NCBI GenBank assembly: GCA_001687465.1
Contig: LVLI01000169.1
Span: 1 to 56,384, forward strand
DNA: 56,384 bases
Source: Halocafeteria seosinensis
Taxonomy: Eukaryota
Reading direction: 5' to 3'
Numbering within the stretch: position 1 is the first letter of the stretch; every line of letters begins with the position of its first letter. The position numbers and the translations under genes were made by a program. Below are positions 12,406-25,868 of the stretch, piece by piece. The notes below the pieces were generated by a model. It had not been told where the DNA came from. It worked only from the letters and a program-made list of their open reading frames with translations, and ran no database searches.

Positions 12406-15400
12406 ATGGCGAAGGGCCAACGAATCTGTATAGCTTTAGCTTGTGTAGCCTCTCTAATAGAAGGTCTTACTGTCGCACAAGGTGAGCACATCTTAAAGCA
12501 TATCTAACATGTGACATTGTTCCACCCTGCGTTTTCTAATCGTTGGAACACGTGCAAACGCAGAAGAGCAATCCGTTTACCATGAATACGTTGTCATTGG
12601 TGCTGGTCCGGCAGGGTTGCAATATTCGTGGTATTTACACACAGCAGGCAAAGACTATGTGACGCTAGAAAAGGGAGCAAACGCTGGAGGGAGTTTTCAC
12701 AAAGTTCCTCGTTGGAGGAAGTTGATCTCTATAAATAAAGTGCATCTCGGTAGGTACATGTATTGATATTTGAAGCCCGTAATATGACGTTTAAGCTTTG
12801 TCCCCAACTCTGCAGACCGAGCAAACCTGGACTTTAATTTACGTCACGACTGGAATTCCCTGTTGAGTGACCCAAGCCATATGATGGCACGAAAACTCAG
12901 TAGCGACCCGAAGATTGTGGAACATCTTTTCCCAACCCTTCTAATGTCTTCGCATCATTCTAATCGAAGTCGAGATGAAATCCATTCTACCGGAGACCGC
13001 TCCAAACGCGATTTCGATTATGCGGAGTTGGCTCACATGTGCTGTACCGAAGGCGTTTTCCGTCAGAAGAATGCTAGACGCACCGCCACAGAATATACCT
13101 CACGTTGCGACAATCTTCCCCACTGGATGCACGGCTGCCTCAGTCCTAGTGATTCAAGACTTGATGTTGCCAATTTTACAAGGGGGATGCTAATGCGCCA
13201 CTTCACCGAGGACTTCTATCCCAAGGCGGATGTTCTCGTCGACTACCTTGTATCCTTCGCATCGCTGACAAGCCTGCATATCAAATTCAATACGGCAGTA
13301 TCATCTATCGACAAAGCAGAAGAAGTGCCTTCTAATTTGAACCAAAGTTCGGGAGTTCGCTACAAAATTCTGACGGACACTGGTCAAGTGTATTTTTGCA
13401 AAACGTTAGTAATAGGTACGTAGCCCGATACAGTATGATATGTTCTGATGTGTACTGCGCAGTTTGATCCTTGCAATATTCAGCTGTGGGACTTTCGAAG
13501 GCAGTTCAACCCGATATGTTTGAGGGTGGGGATTTGCTGTACACGTACGATAGTGCTCCGACCAATTTAACTATCTACAAGGGGAAGAAAATTCTGATTA
13601 TAGGCCGCGGAAACGGAGCTATGGAATTCGCGGATAACATAATGGAGGTTGCTGCTTATGTCCACCTGTTAGGTTGGTTGACGTCTCTATGAATAGAGCC
13701 GGTAACGACTTCTATACAACTGCGAATTTCCATTGTATCTGCAGGTGGCATCCACAGACGGCTTCGGTTGGCATGGGAATCGCACTATCCTGGCGATCTT
13801 CGTGCTGTACACAATAAAATACTGGAGAGCTACCAATTGAAAACACTAGATGGTGAGTTGCAGCTATACAACATTACGAGGAATAACTTAGCTCAATTTG
13901 CGCTCTATTCCGATTACAGCCCTCATTGAAACCCCTTTGGAGCAAGTATCCTTTGAAAAGTTTGAGAAACAACAGATTATCGAGAGCAGAAGAAGGCAGC
14001 AGTTTTCGTTTCCTTTTAGATCCTCAACACAGTCCATTGTGAAGGCGTCGTCATCCAAGTTTATTGAGCCAGTCCTGAAGGAAACAATGGACATGTTTCG
14101 CGACGGCATCACTCAAGTGCCTAAATCCAGCATTAAAGCACAGTTGAGGTTGGCGGCTGCCTCGTATACCTCCGGAACTGTAAAGCATATACAGGATGGC
14201 ATTGCTGGCCAAATGCACATAGACAATTACACTGAAACGATGGATCAACCTGTCGACTATTCCGCTCTTAGGTCTCGTCCACTCAAAACGATTAACGGAG
14301 AGTTTGAGATCGTCGGACATAACATGTTTGACCACCCTCCTTCCGAAGACGGAAAATTGTAAGTGCAATCAAAATTTTGGTTTTGATCCGGCTTTGCCAA
14401 CTTTACTTGTCTTTTCAACGATGCGCCAACCAGTTACCAACACCCGCGTAGCAGCTACGATATTGTTATTGCCTGCTTAGGGTGGAAATTTGATACGAGT
14501 ATCTTTAATCAATCTGTTTCCCCAGAATTGGACCATGCGAAGAAGTTCCCAATCATTACCCCTCAGTATGAGTCAGTCAACAATAAAGGAATGTATTTTG
14601 TTGGTGCTGCCTCACACTCAATTGATGCACGCGTTGCGGCTGGTGGTTTTGTTCACGGATATAGATATACTGCGCGGGCTCTGCATCGAATGGAAGAAGA
14701 AATGAGTTCCATTGACGCTGGCGAGCTCGAAACAATGTGGCCAGTCCATATGGTTCAGGCGAAGGTCTCAGCTCAGGAGGTGCAGCAGCCTAGAATGCTC
14801 GATCGGCTTATAACGAGAATCCAACACAGACTGAATCACGCTAGCGGGACATATCAGATGTTTAATGGGTACCTTCAAGATGTAGTGCTGTACGAACCTG
14901 TTGAACACGCTGAGCTTGAACCTCAGAAGTACTCGTTTGACACACCAGAGGACAGCGACGTGTCGCTTCCGTGGTTTGATTCTGGTGATCCGGTGGAAGC
15001 AGTGACACGTGCTTGGGTAGAGGGCGATTTGGCTCAAAACACCAGCTTATTCACAGGTTTGCGCATGTTCTATTTTGAAGAAGTTCCTGTACATGCTATT
15101 CCTTTGCTCGTACGCCGGTGGGCATACAGACTCTTCGGAGAAGCGATAGTTCGCCAGAATCTATGTACGAACATTCTAAACATCTCTGGAAAGATTGACT
15201 GCGTTCTTGACTATTACAATGGTATTCGGTACTCAACCATATACCTGGAGTACTCCCCTGAGTGGAGCATTGCAAATGGGAGTAGAGATCCTTTCAAGAC
15301 CGCTCGAGTCTTGGGATCAGCGGACAAACCTGAAAAATCGGGTTTCCTCCATCCAACCATGAAGACGTTTGACTCGCGGCTAGAAAATAAAGAAGGATTT

Positions 15401-16623
15401 ACTACTAAGGTTTTGGAGGGGTTGCATTCGGCTGGTGTCCGTAGTCCTATAAAAACAGACTCACCTAGTCACCATGAAGCGGCAGAAAGCGAGCTGGAGG
15501 AAGAAGAAGACTCTGGGACTTCTAAGGCATCTGAGGCCGATACGGATCCTTTCGGTGTTGGTGCCGCTCCTCATCGAGAAACCAATTCCTCGTCACATAG
15601 AGACTCCCGAGAATTCTTCTACGGAAACTTGAGCGTGCAATTTCGAACCCCTACATACTCGGACGCTATTTTTGAGGACTTTTCGGCGGAGTTTTATACA
15701 TACTGGAAAGCAACACGCCCCCTTCAGCGTTTTTTTGTTGAAAGCTTCCGGAGGCACGCTCTAACACATGCACTTAGTGCTATATCTAAACCCCCCGGTA
15801 GCGGAGGCGTGAGTGACAAAGAGGATTTGCTGGATGGTACAGCGCAAGTGCTTTTTGCCCATGGAACTGATAACCAGAGGTACCTTTTGGACCACATAGA
15901 TTCCTTGCAGGACCCATCGTGGACAAATCACAGTATCGTATTCGTCGACACCGTCACCGCATTGAGGTGGCCATGCGGAGCTCAAATCGAATATGCCTTG
16001 CGTGGTCGTTTCTTCGGAGCCGGTCACGGATTTTCCCGCCGTCGTTCCTTCCGAGATTTGACAAAGGTTAGTTGCTTCGAGTGACCTATACCAAAATTGT
16101 GTCATGCAAACTATCAATTACAATTGTACACTGTGAGATGCAGCTTAGTTCGTCGCTGTTTGGAGTCACAGCAGTTGTCGCGGGGAAACCGGGTTTGTCA
16201 AGTGATATTTACCCGATAGCTAGACAAATATCTGAGAGATATCCGGAGACAGTACATTACGTTTTAGAGTGTGGCTACTATGGAGATGATGAAAATCCCC
16301 TGGAGGCTACTTCTCTAGAGGCTGAAGTAAATGAAACGACGGTGGAACTGTGGTTGAATCGCCAGCAGACCTTGACGCTGGGCATGGACACGCTGGAAAT
16401 TGATACCCCTCTCTTCCGGTGCGACGAGACCGCTTCAGCAGTATTGGCATGTGACGCTGATGTATGTGGTGCGATGCCTTTGGCGGCATTTGTCGATGAG
16501 CGTCTGGAGACCATGCCCGAGAATCCAAGCGCCAGAGAAATTATATCCGAGTTGGTGCTTCCATGCATGGAGTTTCTCATGAAAAGCTGTTTGGCAGAAG
16601 AAAGCGATTCTGACTTGAATTAA
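12406..16623 (+). CDS. FOXRED2: FOXRED2/ERFAD-like FAD-dependent oxidoreductase, copy B (8 exons)
   Basis: Signal peptide exon 12406-12481 ([25 protein letters not shown]). Same motifs and intron positions as copy A, plus an extra intron at 13416-13483. Confidence 0.88.
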
Positions 16624-16874
16624 CCTACTTTTATTTGTGACATCTTAATTGTATAGACTAATCGAATAACAACACTGCCAGTGACTGTTAAAACAGGTTA
16701 CAAGTTGCCTATAAGTTGGCTACAACCTACCATGGTACTTGTACTGAAGTTCAAAAGTTTGCCTCACAAGAAGAGTCCCTCTGATGCTTTGTTTGTGTAA
16801 TAGCGTATACACTAATTATTTGGTCACATACGAGTAATAGCTTACTAAGAATAAAAATAATATAGCATATCGTT

Positions 16875-19800
16875 ATGAATTCGGCAGCGCATGATAATGA
16901 CGGCCTGGAAGAGGAGGAGGAGGAGGAAATGCTCGTGTTGCAGAAGGATAAGAGCTCTTCCCGAGGGAAAAAGAGGGGCCGAGACGATTCTTCCAGTGTC
17001 AAACAAGAGCATACTGAGGACGATAACCAGTTTTTGGAAACATGTCGCTTCATATCGGCCTCCTCCGGGCGCCACAAAGGACCTAAGGAGTCCGGAGGCG
17101 CCACCAGGAACGTCATTGAGCAGACTTTACAGGGTCTACAAGTCCCTACCTCCTCTACAGGGTACTTCTACGCCCTTCCCAGAGAAGATAAGAAGCTTAA
17201 GCTGAGCGAACAAGAGGAGATGGAGCCTGAACCCTACGTACAAGCCCGAAAGTGTGCCTTTGATACGGCCTGGGCAGTGGTGGAACGCGCTGTCTCCAAA
17301 GTTATGGAGAGAGTAAACGAGGGGTGCTTTCAGCAAGTCTATGACTTCATTCAGACTCCACAAAGCCGTAAACAAGTGCCAGTGGCTCTCATTCAGACAG
17401 GTCCGTGTCGCGATTATTTTCTATTTTCTTGTGAAAGGGCAATGACCCCTTCACTTGTTGCGTATCTTTTTGGTGTCTGAATTCCCATGCTACTACGTGC
17501 AGGTATAAACACGGGCGATAGATCCATGTTGTTTTCTCATTTAGCACACTGGCTGAATGAGCATATGTAAGTCCTTTGGGAAGTGCAGCTCACCGAAGTA
17601 CTCGTCATTTCCGACGTGGCTCTAGTGTTACAGGGAGGGTATTGTTGTGACGCTTGATAGGACGAATATGTCATCTCTAAACAAAGCGCTGAGCTATATT
17701 GAACTCCGATGTTCAAGTTTTTTTGAGGCAAAATGCAAGAAAATCAAACAAGCTCTACGGAAAACTGGTTCTGGCACAGGCCATGAAGGACAATTGGCAG
17801 TGGTTCGTGAGCAATTGGAACGAGTGGAGAAAGAGATAGGAAAGCTGAAGCAGAAAAAGAATCCTGGACTCTTGATGGCCGATCGAATTATCTTATGGTC
17901 CTATGTTGTTGGCTATGCGCTTCGAGAGTGTGCGCTCCGGTTGTGCTGGATAGCTCGAGGAATAGAGGCACAATTTCAACCTTATCCGTTGGTGTTGTTG
18001 CTTGAGGGCATCGAGAGTCCCCAAGCCCCTACTTTCCAGTTCCTAGTCCAACGGTTATCAACTGCTTGGTTCCGAGCAAGTCATTTGGGTGCATGCGAAA
18101 ACATTGCTGGCCACAGAACTGTCACACCCTTACGCTTGGTACTTCCTCTCAGCGGCACTAGCGAGACTTTCCACCAGCAAGCCAGTATGGACACCATCAA
18201 ACGACTCAATATCACCAACATACACATCGAGGTAAGCATGACCATGCGCGGCTATATTAGTATCTGTCACTGTTTCTGTGATGTAACCGTGGCACCCGCA
18301 GAATCCGCTCAAATCTGTACACCAGCTGATGCACCACCTGTTGACACTGGGCAACTTACCGCTGTCATTCGGCAGCAATCTTTTAGAGTGGCTGCCGGAT
18401 TATATTCTGAAGTATAACCTGTCGGTGAAGTCGTTTATGACGTGTCTGCATTACGTGCTATTGGATAAATATTCTGGTACGCGGTTTTCTTTCTTGGCAT
18501 CCTACGTGCCGAACTGTGCCCCCTTCGCGTTTAGGACTCAGTTTTCACCTTCACATAAGATTCTAGATTCTAATGCGGGTAGAAACCCTTTTTCGGCGTC
18601 TTCTCTTAGTAGAGAAACCCTAAGGGGAATTAGTGGATACGAGATTATGAGAACTTCACCAACAAATCCCGCATGGCGCTGTTTCGGTTACAACTACTTA
18701 CATTCAACAACAGCAACATGGAGAACTATTGCCAGTCGAATAAGCAAGTTGAAAACACGAGACATTGAGGAACTTCTTGCTTTCAAATCAGTTGGTGAAA
18801 ACTGCCAAAAGGATGAGCATTTGGAGAGTGCCAGCAGAATTCGGGAGATCGGGAATGAAGTACTTGGTCGCATGGAGGAGATAGATCACTCAGTGGGTAT
18901 GGGCAGCGGCGGACTCTGCACTGATGAGGATCCCTCTGCGCATTCTGCTAGTGTTCGCAAGAAAAGTTTGCCAAGGGACATTCAAGATCACTTGAGTGCC
19001 CCAACTACTGCAGATTTGGAACTGAACACGACTCCACTGCTTTGGCCCATGGGGTTTCTCCCCACTATCGATGAAGCATTTCATGACGAGAGTGGTAAGG
19101 TTGACCCCGTGACAAAACTGGGAAATCCGTCAGAAATTAGGCTTTGCTCTTTTCTCTTCCGGTTCCATCAGCGGCGTATTGCTCGACCCTATATTTTTTG
19201 GTGTCTCGCTTACTCGCGTTATGATGCTGTCACTAGTAGCAAACTACGTGAAATCGAGTCATATGGAGAAGCGAATGACTTCCTTTCTTCCGAATACTTC
19301 AATGAGATAAGAAAAAGGCTCCAAAGATTTTCCGTAGAAGAATTGCTGGAGGTGATATCTGGACTGGAGGAAGTACTTCTTCAGCCCAAAACAGAGTTGG
19401 TGTCACTTAAAGAACTAGGATGGATACAGTCTCTCGAATCAGACGAAGGCGCAACTTTTTTCTGTTCGGAGCTGGCTTGTCTGGAACTTATACGTAGGGA
19501 ACTGAATAATCCATCGCAGGATAGCTCGAGCTTAAGCAGCACGGTCTATTCAACCAAGAGGAAGAGTGGTGGATCACGAGGGGCGAGTCTGCAGTCTAGT
19601 GCCCTTCAAACGTCCGACGTCAGCACCGGTGCCTCTGCGTGGGCGAGCAAATTAGTCATTTCGTTTTTAGAAAAGCTAGTATGCAATTTTATGATTTCAT
19701 GTGAGTGTTTGCCCCTACATGAGATCGTCACGGTTGATTTAGATAGGCGGCTAGCAAGAGTGTTAACCGCTCAACCGCGGGAGGCGATGTTGCGCTCTCT

Positions 19801-20239
19801 TGAAAACCATCAACTCTACCTACCCTCTACGCCGGATATTGGACCTAACGTGCATGATACAGTGTTGGCTTACCAAGTGTACCGCTACGCCTCTAAGAAA
19901 CTATTTGTTAAGGAGTGGTACCAGGCATTTAAAGCGTTTTTTGTTCCGGACGGAAAGGACCCAGTTGCGCACCTTTCCACCTCACTCCTGGACAAGAGAC
20001 GCAGCGGTACCTCGAAGAAGCGGAACAAAAATGTTAGACGCCTCCATGGGGCATCGGCTTCCTCGACTCAAGAAGAGGAAGAACCAGACGTGGTGGAAAT
20101 AAGCCCAGAAAAGGAGGAAGAGTTGAAAGCCCGTTTCGTACAGTCGGTAACAGAGTTAAGTTGGATGGGGTTCATTGAGCAGAGTAAGTATAGTCTCGAC
20201 TCTGTTACGCGTTTAGTTTTCGATGTGAGACAGTGGTAG
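16875..20239 (+). CDS. ORC3: Origin recognition complex subunit 3
   Basis: QVPVALIQTG|INTGDRSMLF in the N-terminal domain; C-terminal LPLHEI, AQPREAMLRSL, DTVLAYQVY, EWYQAF and ARFVQSVTELSWMGFI...VTRL (ORC3 winged helix). Introns ~17401-17502, ~17567-17633 and ~18232-18301. Confidence 0.88.
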
Positions 20240-20330
20240 ATAGCATGACGCCAACGCATACCAGTAAAACATCAGTCACGTAATATTCCTGAGCACCTCG
20301 ATGTTAGACTAGCCTGCGGTCTACAAAGGT

Positions 20331-21817
20331 TTATTTGCGGAAGATTGGCACAATACGATCGAACTCGGACTTGTTCATCTTCAGGCACGTGGCGACCCAT
20401 GCGAGATTCTTAGCTTCCTGTTCCTTGAGCTTCACGTACGCATAAAACATAGCTGTAAAACGCAATGGACGAATATGCCTAGCTTGTGAAGGAAATAACA
20501 CACAGGGGAAGGCATACTTACCAAAATGGAATTGTCCATCAAACGCGGTTTCCAACACTTTAACAGTGTGTTGGAAGAATGCTTGAGCGATGTCTCTCTC
20601 TTCATTGCTGCCACCGGCAGCACTGGAGAGTCCTCCAACTAGGCCGCTTTCTTGCTGTTGCTGCTGTCCTTCCACGTCTTCCTCGTCATCTCCTGTGTAA
20701 TAGTCTTGCTCTATTTGCCGTGTCGGTGCTGACTCCCAAACTCTGGAATAATCTCCGTACTTCTGTAGAACTGCACCAATACCAGCTTCTGAGTCGACTT
20801 TTGCGAGTTCAAACGTTCCTTCGGGATACAACGCCCCAAACGAAGGGTAAAGCGCTTTTCGCGAGCTCTCGCGTTCGGCAGAATTGTTGTAGTGAGTTCT
20901 CAAACTGTTATAAGTAATATTAATCGAAATCATATCCGCTCGGAGACTGAGTATTCTGTCCATCTGTTCTGCTGTTTCGCCTTCCAGCGATAGGCAAAAT
21001 CGATGGAAATCTTCCAAGTATAGTTTGTAGATACTGTTCTCCAGGGTGGCCAACGGCATTTCTCGCAGCCGAGTTCGGGCTTCTTCGACACCCCCTACGG
21101 AGGACTTTTCCGTTTCCTCGGCAAGAAACTGCGAGAAATATTTGCCAACAGGGATTTCTACCAACACGGTGGCATACAGTTCTTCAAGTCCATCTGGGGT
21201 GCTATCGAATGCAGTGATGCTCCTCATGACCGACTCATCGAATTTCCCCAGTGGATGGCAAGTGTCCATGACCTCTTGGATCTCCTCACTTGCAGGTTCG
21301 TAGCCTTTGGTAGTAGCCTTGAGAAGAGAAATGACGGTCTGTATCTGGTATTCGTATCTAATATAGTCCATAAACGAGGCGAGAGGCTCATTAGCATGTG
21401 CGCGGATATATTCGAACTCCTTGGCAAGTTTCTCATGGCATTTCTGCTGCACCATTTTGGCATTCACTTTCTGTCCAATACAATCAAGAGGAAACAGAAA
21501 AGGTAATTTATACGAAAAATTAGCATCATACACAGTGCATAGACGTACATTAGCTTCGACACCCTCCAGGACATCTCCATAGTCTGTCTCCTGGAGATTC
21601 AATTTTAGGTCTGTTCCACGCCACAAAACCACACACCACTGTTACCACCTGAAAGAGCATCGTGTTAACTATACAATGACGTACCATCTAGTCCTTTACA
21701 CTCTCTCAAGTTGGTGTAATCGTGGTCTGTTAGAAAAGATTTCCGGAGGCCCTTGAGCAAGGCCTCCAGGAATCCATGCTGGACATTGAACCATGTCAAA
21801 TCTCGAGTTCCTTGCAT
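20331..21817 (-). CDS. VMA6: V-type H+-ATPase V0 subunit d
   Basis: MQGTRDLTWFNVQHGFLEALLKGLRKSFL...D|DLKLNLQETDYG, FMDYIRYEYQI, CHPLGKF, LYKLYLEDF, FDGQFHF|AMFYAYVKLKEQEAKNLAWVATC. Three short introns. Confidence 0.95.
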
Positions 21818-22170
21818 TTTACTTGAGAAAATCCACGCGGGACGGATGCGAGGACAACTAAACTACCTATTCAGACTCGATTTCCGGACGAATCATCTGC
21901 AAAACACCCTCTATACAGGTCCGAAGAACATCGAGATGAGGAAACCTGACGAAATGTTCGTCGTGTCCATTACTGTGAACGAAAAGTTTGTCTCCTTTGC
22001 CGGAGGGGCTTTCGTCCTAACTTAGGTTAGGACGGACCCCCTTTATAAGAGGCTTAATTGACCCTCTCTGGCATGGAATGTGTGTGTGTTTGTTGTTTGG
22101 TTGGATGCGGTGGATTCCGTAGTTCCACGCTTATGCAAACTTGGTTGGTTCCCTTGGCTGATGAAAGACA

Positions 22171-25100
22171 ATGGACCAACAGCAATTCCCTTATCCTCTG
22201 GAGACGCTCGAGGAGCCTCCACCGGAAATTATGGATTTACTGGTCAAAAACTTCAGCAAGCGTCCAGAAGAAAAGCTCTCCGAGGAGGAGATCGATGTAA
22301 GTTGGCTTGCTTCTACCCCAGTGGTCTCGTCGTGGAACGTGTTAATGGAGTTTGTGAACATTGCATACGCAGACGTTAAGTCGGTACAGGGGCCAACTTC
22401 CACGACCTACATGGGAAAAATGGAAGAAACTTGGCAGGGAGGAAAGAGCTCGGAGAAAGCTTAAGAAGAAACACAAGGATCATCATGGACTTAGGAGGCA
22501 GGAACAGAACTCTGAGGAGGATACCCCGCCTGGAAGCCACTCACGCCCCGTCAGCCAAACGACTACACCCTCGCCTCCTCCTCCACCACCCCAGCCTCCA
22601 ACAACAACGAGTCGAGTAGACGAGGACTATCACGCTCCAGAGGCACGGCAGTCATCCACCAGTTCGGCCACGCGGACTTCACCCGAGGACACAAAAGGGC
22701 GGACGCACCACAGGGTGTACTCTGGCGAAGACGGGAGGAGAGGGAACGCACCACATGTGCCTAGGTCTCAAAGCTCTCCCAAGAGAGACAGAATGGAGCA
22801 ACGAAAAAGTCTGTATGAAGCAACAAGAAACCCCCAAAAGTATTTCGGGACAGGCCACGGAATCGCTGGGAGAGACGCTAGATCTCTATCTGGAGGAAGT
22901 GAGTTAGGTACTTCAACCGAAAGGCAAGAAAGTGACAACACCACATACGAGTACATGAAAACTCTTGCTCGAGAAACAGAGAGTGAGGACACTGTAAGTT
23001 TGGGGGAACGACAACGATCCGGTGGTAGCGGTACTGACGTTTCCCGCTACCCTGAAGAGAACGCATACTATGAAATCCAAGGCCAAGCGTGGTATGGGAA
23101 CTATGAACAGACACCCACTACAGGCCCCAATACCGTAAACTCTCATTCAGAACTAAAACGCAGTCGTAGCAACAACCTGACAGGCGATGGTATTGCTTTC
23201 AATAGAAGCAAGTCCACACAACAGCGACGGAGCAAGAGTGTGACTAGAGGTAGAGGGATGAAGCGGCCCGAGAACGAAGCCGATCTTCAAGGTAGGCGTC
23301 AACCCTCTGAGCATCAAGATAGTGAGATGTACTATGAAGAAGAGGGTTCAGAAGGAAAGTCTGCTGCTGTATCAGTGTCTACAAGTGGACAGTACCCAGT
23401 GGTCCCCGAAGAATTCTATCGATCAGATACTGCCAGAAGTCAAAGTCAGAGGTCCACATCGCGAACTCAAAGAACCTTTCCTGTGGCCCCTGGGTCTCAT
23501 GCTGCATTATCGTACGAGAAAACGATTGAGAGGCCGCCTCCTGTGTTGGTAAAGTCTTCTCCGGCGGACCAGGAAGGTGCATTTACAAGTAGTCGCGGAG
23601 AGACTGCTTCACAGTCTTCCGGTAACGAATATTGCCAGCAATCCTACGTTTCTGACCAGTCAGAGCAGGCCGTGTCGCCCCAGTCTCCCGGCTCTAGTGT
23701 GAGTCGCCATCGCAAACATGGAGACATCGTAAGAAAGAATATTAAACTCGCTGATTCAGGTGCTTATCGTATTCGCAGACATTCGCAGTCGGGGCAGAAA
23801 ATGAATTCTCCACATTCGCATTCGTCTCCTGAAGAAGCTCGCGGGAGACGAGGGTCAAATGTCTCGCTTTTATCTGAAGAAAACGTATCTGCTGCGGCCA
23901 ACCGTCTCTATGTCTCGCAAACAGCTGCCACGAAACACAGGAAGGAGGCTCAAGAAAGAGATGCCCGAAGACGGGCTTCTATTCACAATGATGAAGATCT
24001 AGGCCGAGCGCAGTGGATCGTTGGCTTGCGCGAAGAGATGGAAAGAAACAAGGAGAGTGATATTCAAGAGGGAACGCTGAGTTCTCATCGAGGCCGAAAG
24101 CAATCACTTTCCGGAGCGTCCCAAAGGAGCGGGTCCTCAATAAGTCGGAGCGCACCGCGAAGCACCGAAATGGCCCCAGAAGAATACTATTCGAGTGAAT
24201 ATCTCTCAGATCTAGCTCGGGTTGCCCGCACTATTCGGAAAGGGTTTTCGATTCGCTCAGAGAACAGTCAAGATGACAATCAGCAAACTGCTGCTTTACC
24301 GTCAAACCATTCGACAAGTCTTCCTAATGGGAACAAGAGGTCTGGTGTACACTTTAGTGGCGCCAAGTTGAATGAACATGCTTCCATGCTGTTGAATCAC
24401 TTGGCAAGCACGATACGCAAGGCCCGTATCAGCTACAATTCTTTAAGAGAAGAAGCCCTAAGCTCGCTGCAGACACACATGAAGGGACTGGCCAACATGA
24501 AAGCCTTGCTAGCTCACCGAGATCTGCTATGCAACACGACATATCAAGAAATGGATGACTGGTTTGGGGTTACGAATAATAACGACTTTGTGGTTTCCGT
24601 AGAAAGTCTTGATAAGCTCGCTTACCGTTCGGTTTCATCAAACCAGCTCAAGCTAAGTACTTGGATACTCATGGCCGACACATCTCTTTTCTATCAGGGC
24701 CGAAGACATACCGCGTTCTCACTTGAAGCAAGTGAAAATGGTGTAATTTGTTTCATGGATGATGTGTCTAGAACTACTCTATCGGAAAATACGATTGATG
24801 CGTGTGCGGATACTGAATGGGCGCGTGCTTCTGGAATGGAATTGGCTAACGAAGTATTTCAGCACGGGAGAGCTGTATTCATGCTGACTGGTCCACGAAA
24901 ACATGACAAACTCGAGTGCCTATTAGGTAGCTCCCGGGATCGTGGTGGCTCGCTGTTTAGTGCAACTTTGCACGCAATGCACAACAGACTGGCAAAGCAT
25001 AAGATGGAGATGCGGATGAACGCCATTTCCATCAACAATCAGGGTGTCTTTGATCTATTGCACCCTGATTTTGCTGCTTCCTCAAGCCCGCGAAAGCAGC

Positions 25101-25792
25101 GGGCGTCTCCACCAAAACTCGAGGTAGCGGATGAGAGAGGTACCCTGCGGCTACAGAGTGCTACAAGCGTGCGCATTACTTCTTCCGATGATGTCGACAT
25201 TTTAGAGAGAGTAATGTACCGTCGTCTAAGGCCCGAATCGCCCTCTTCCGAGATGTGGCACACAGTCGCTGACGTTGCGGATAGGTACTCCCACACCGTT
25301 CTTGTCATAGATGTCCTTGGGGGAGAGACGGAAAATCATAGGATTGTTTATCGTTTGTGCATTGTCATATTTGCTGACGGGGCTCGTATCGACAGTTCCT
25401 TCTTGTCGAGTCTACTTCGTTCTGCCTACTTTTCGCAGCCGGAAGAGTCGGCAGCACTCACAAAGGTTGAAAATGCTCATAAGTGGGCCCAACAGGAACG
25501 AGTTTCATTTATCCGCGCACTGGAGGCTTGGAAGAATTCCAGTGGCGACCACGGAAAGAAGGGGGTGGTATCGCGGGCGTCCACCCTTTGCCGCCTTATA
25601 GGTAAAACTTTGAGTAAGCCTAGAGGAAACCTAACCGTGTGTGAAGTCCTGCCTAGCTACTACCAGTCACAGAGCTACGGCAACTTGAACAAAAATTCCG
25701 CGGAGCAACTTCTCGGGGCTGCGGACACGAGTGACGTGGACTTCGAGTTGAGGTTCGTGGAGGAACTTAACAATATGAAGGAAAGAAGCTGA
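22171..25792 (+). CDS. Kinesin-like protein with long disordered N-terminus and degenerate C-terminal motor-homology domain
   Basis: Exon 22171-22296, intron 22297-22372, then ORF to 25792. C-terminal ~380 aa retain ordered kinesin landmarks: VFDLL, YSHTVLVI, LCIVIFADGAR, RASTLCRLI and ELRFV. Confidence 0.65.
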
Positions 25793-25868
25793 AGGTCATT
25801 AATATCCAACAACTTCGTGAGCACATCTGTATTCTATTATACTTGTATACCTAATCACTCCCTGTGTC

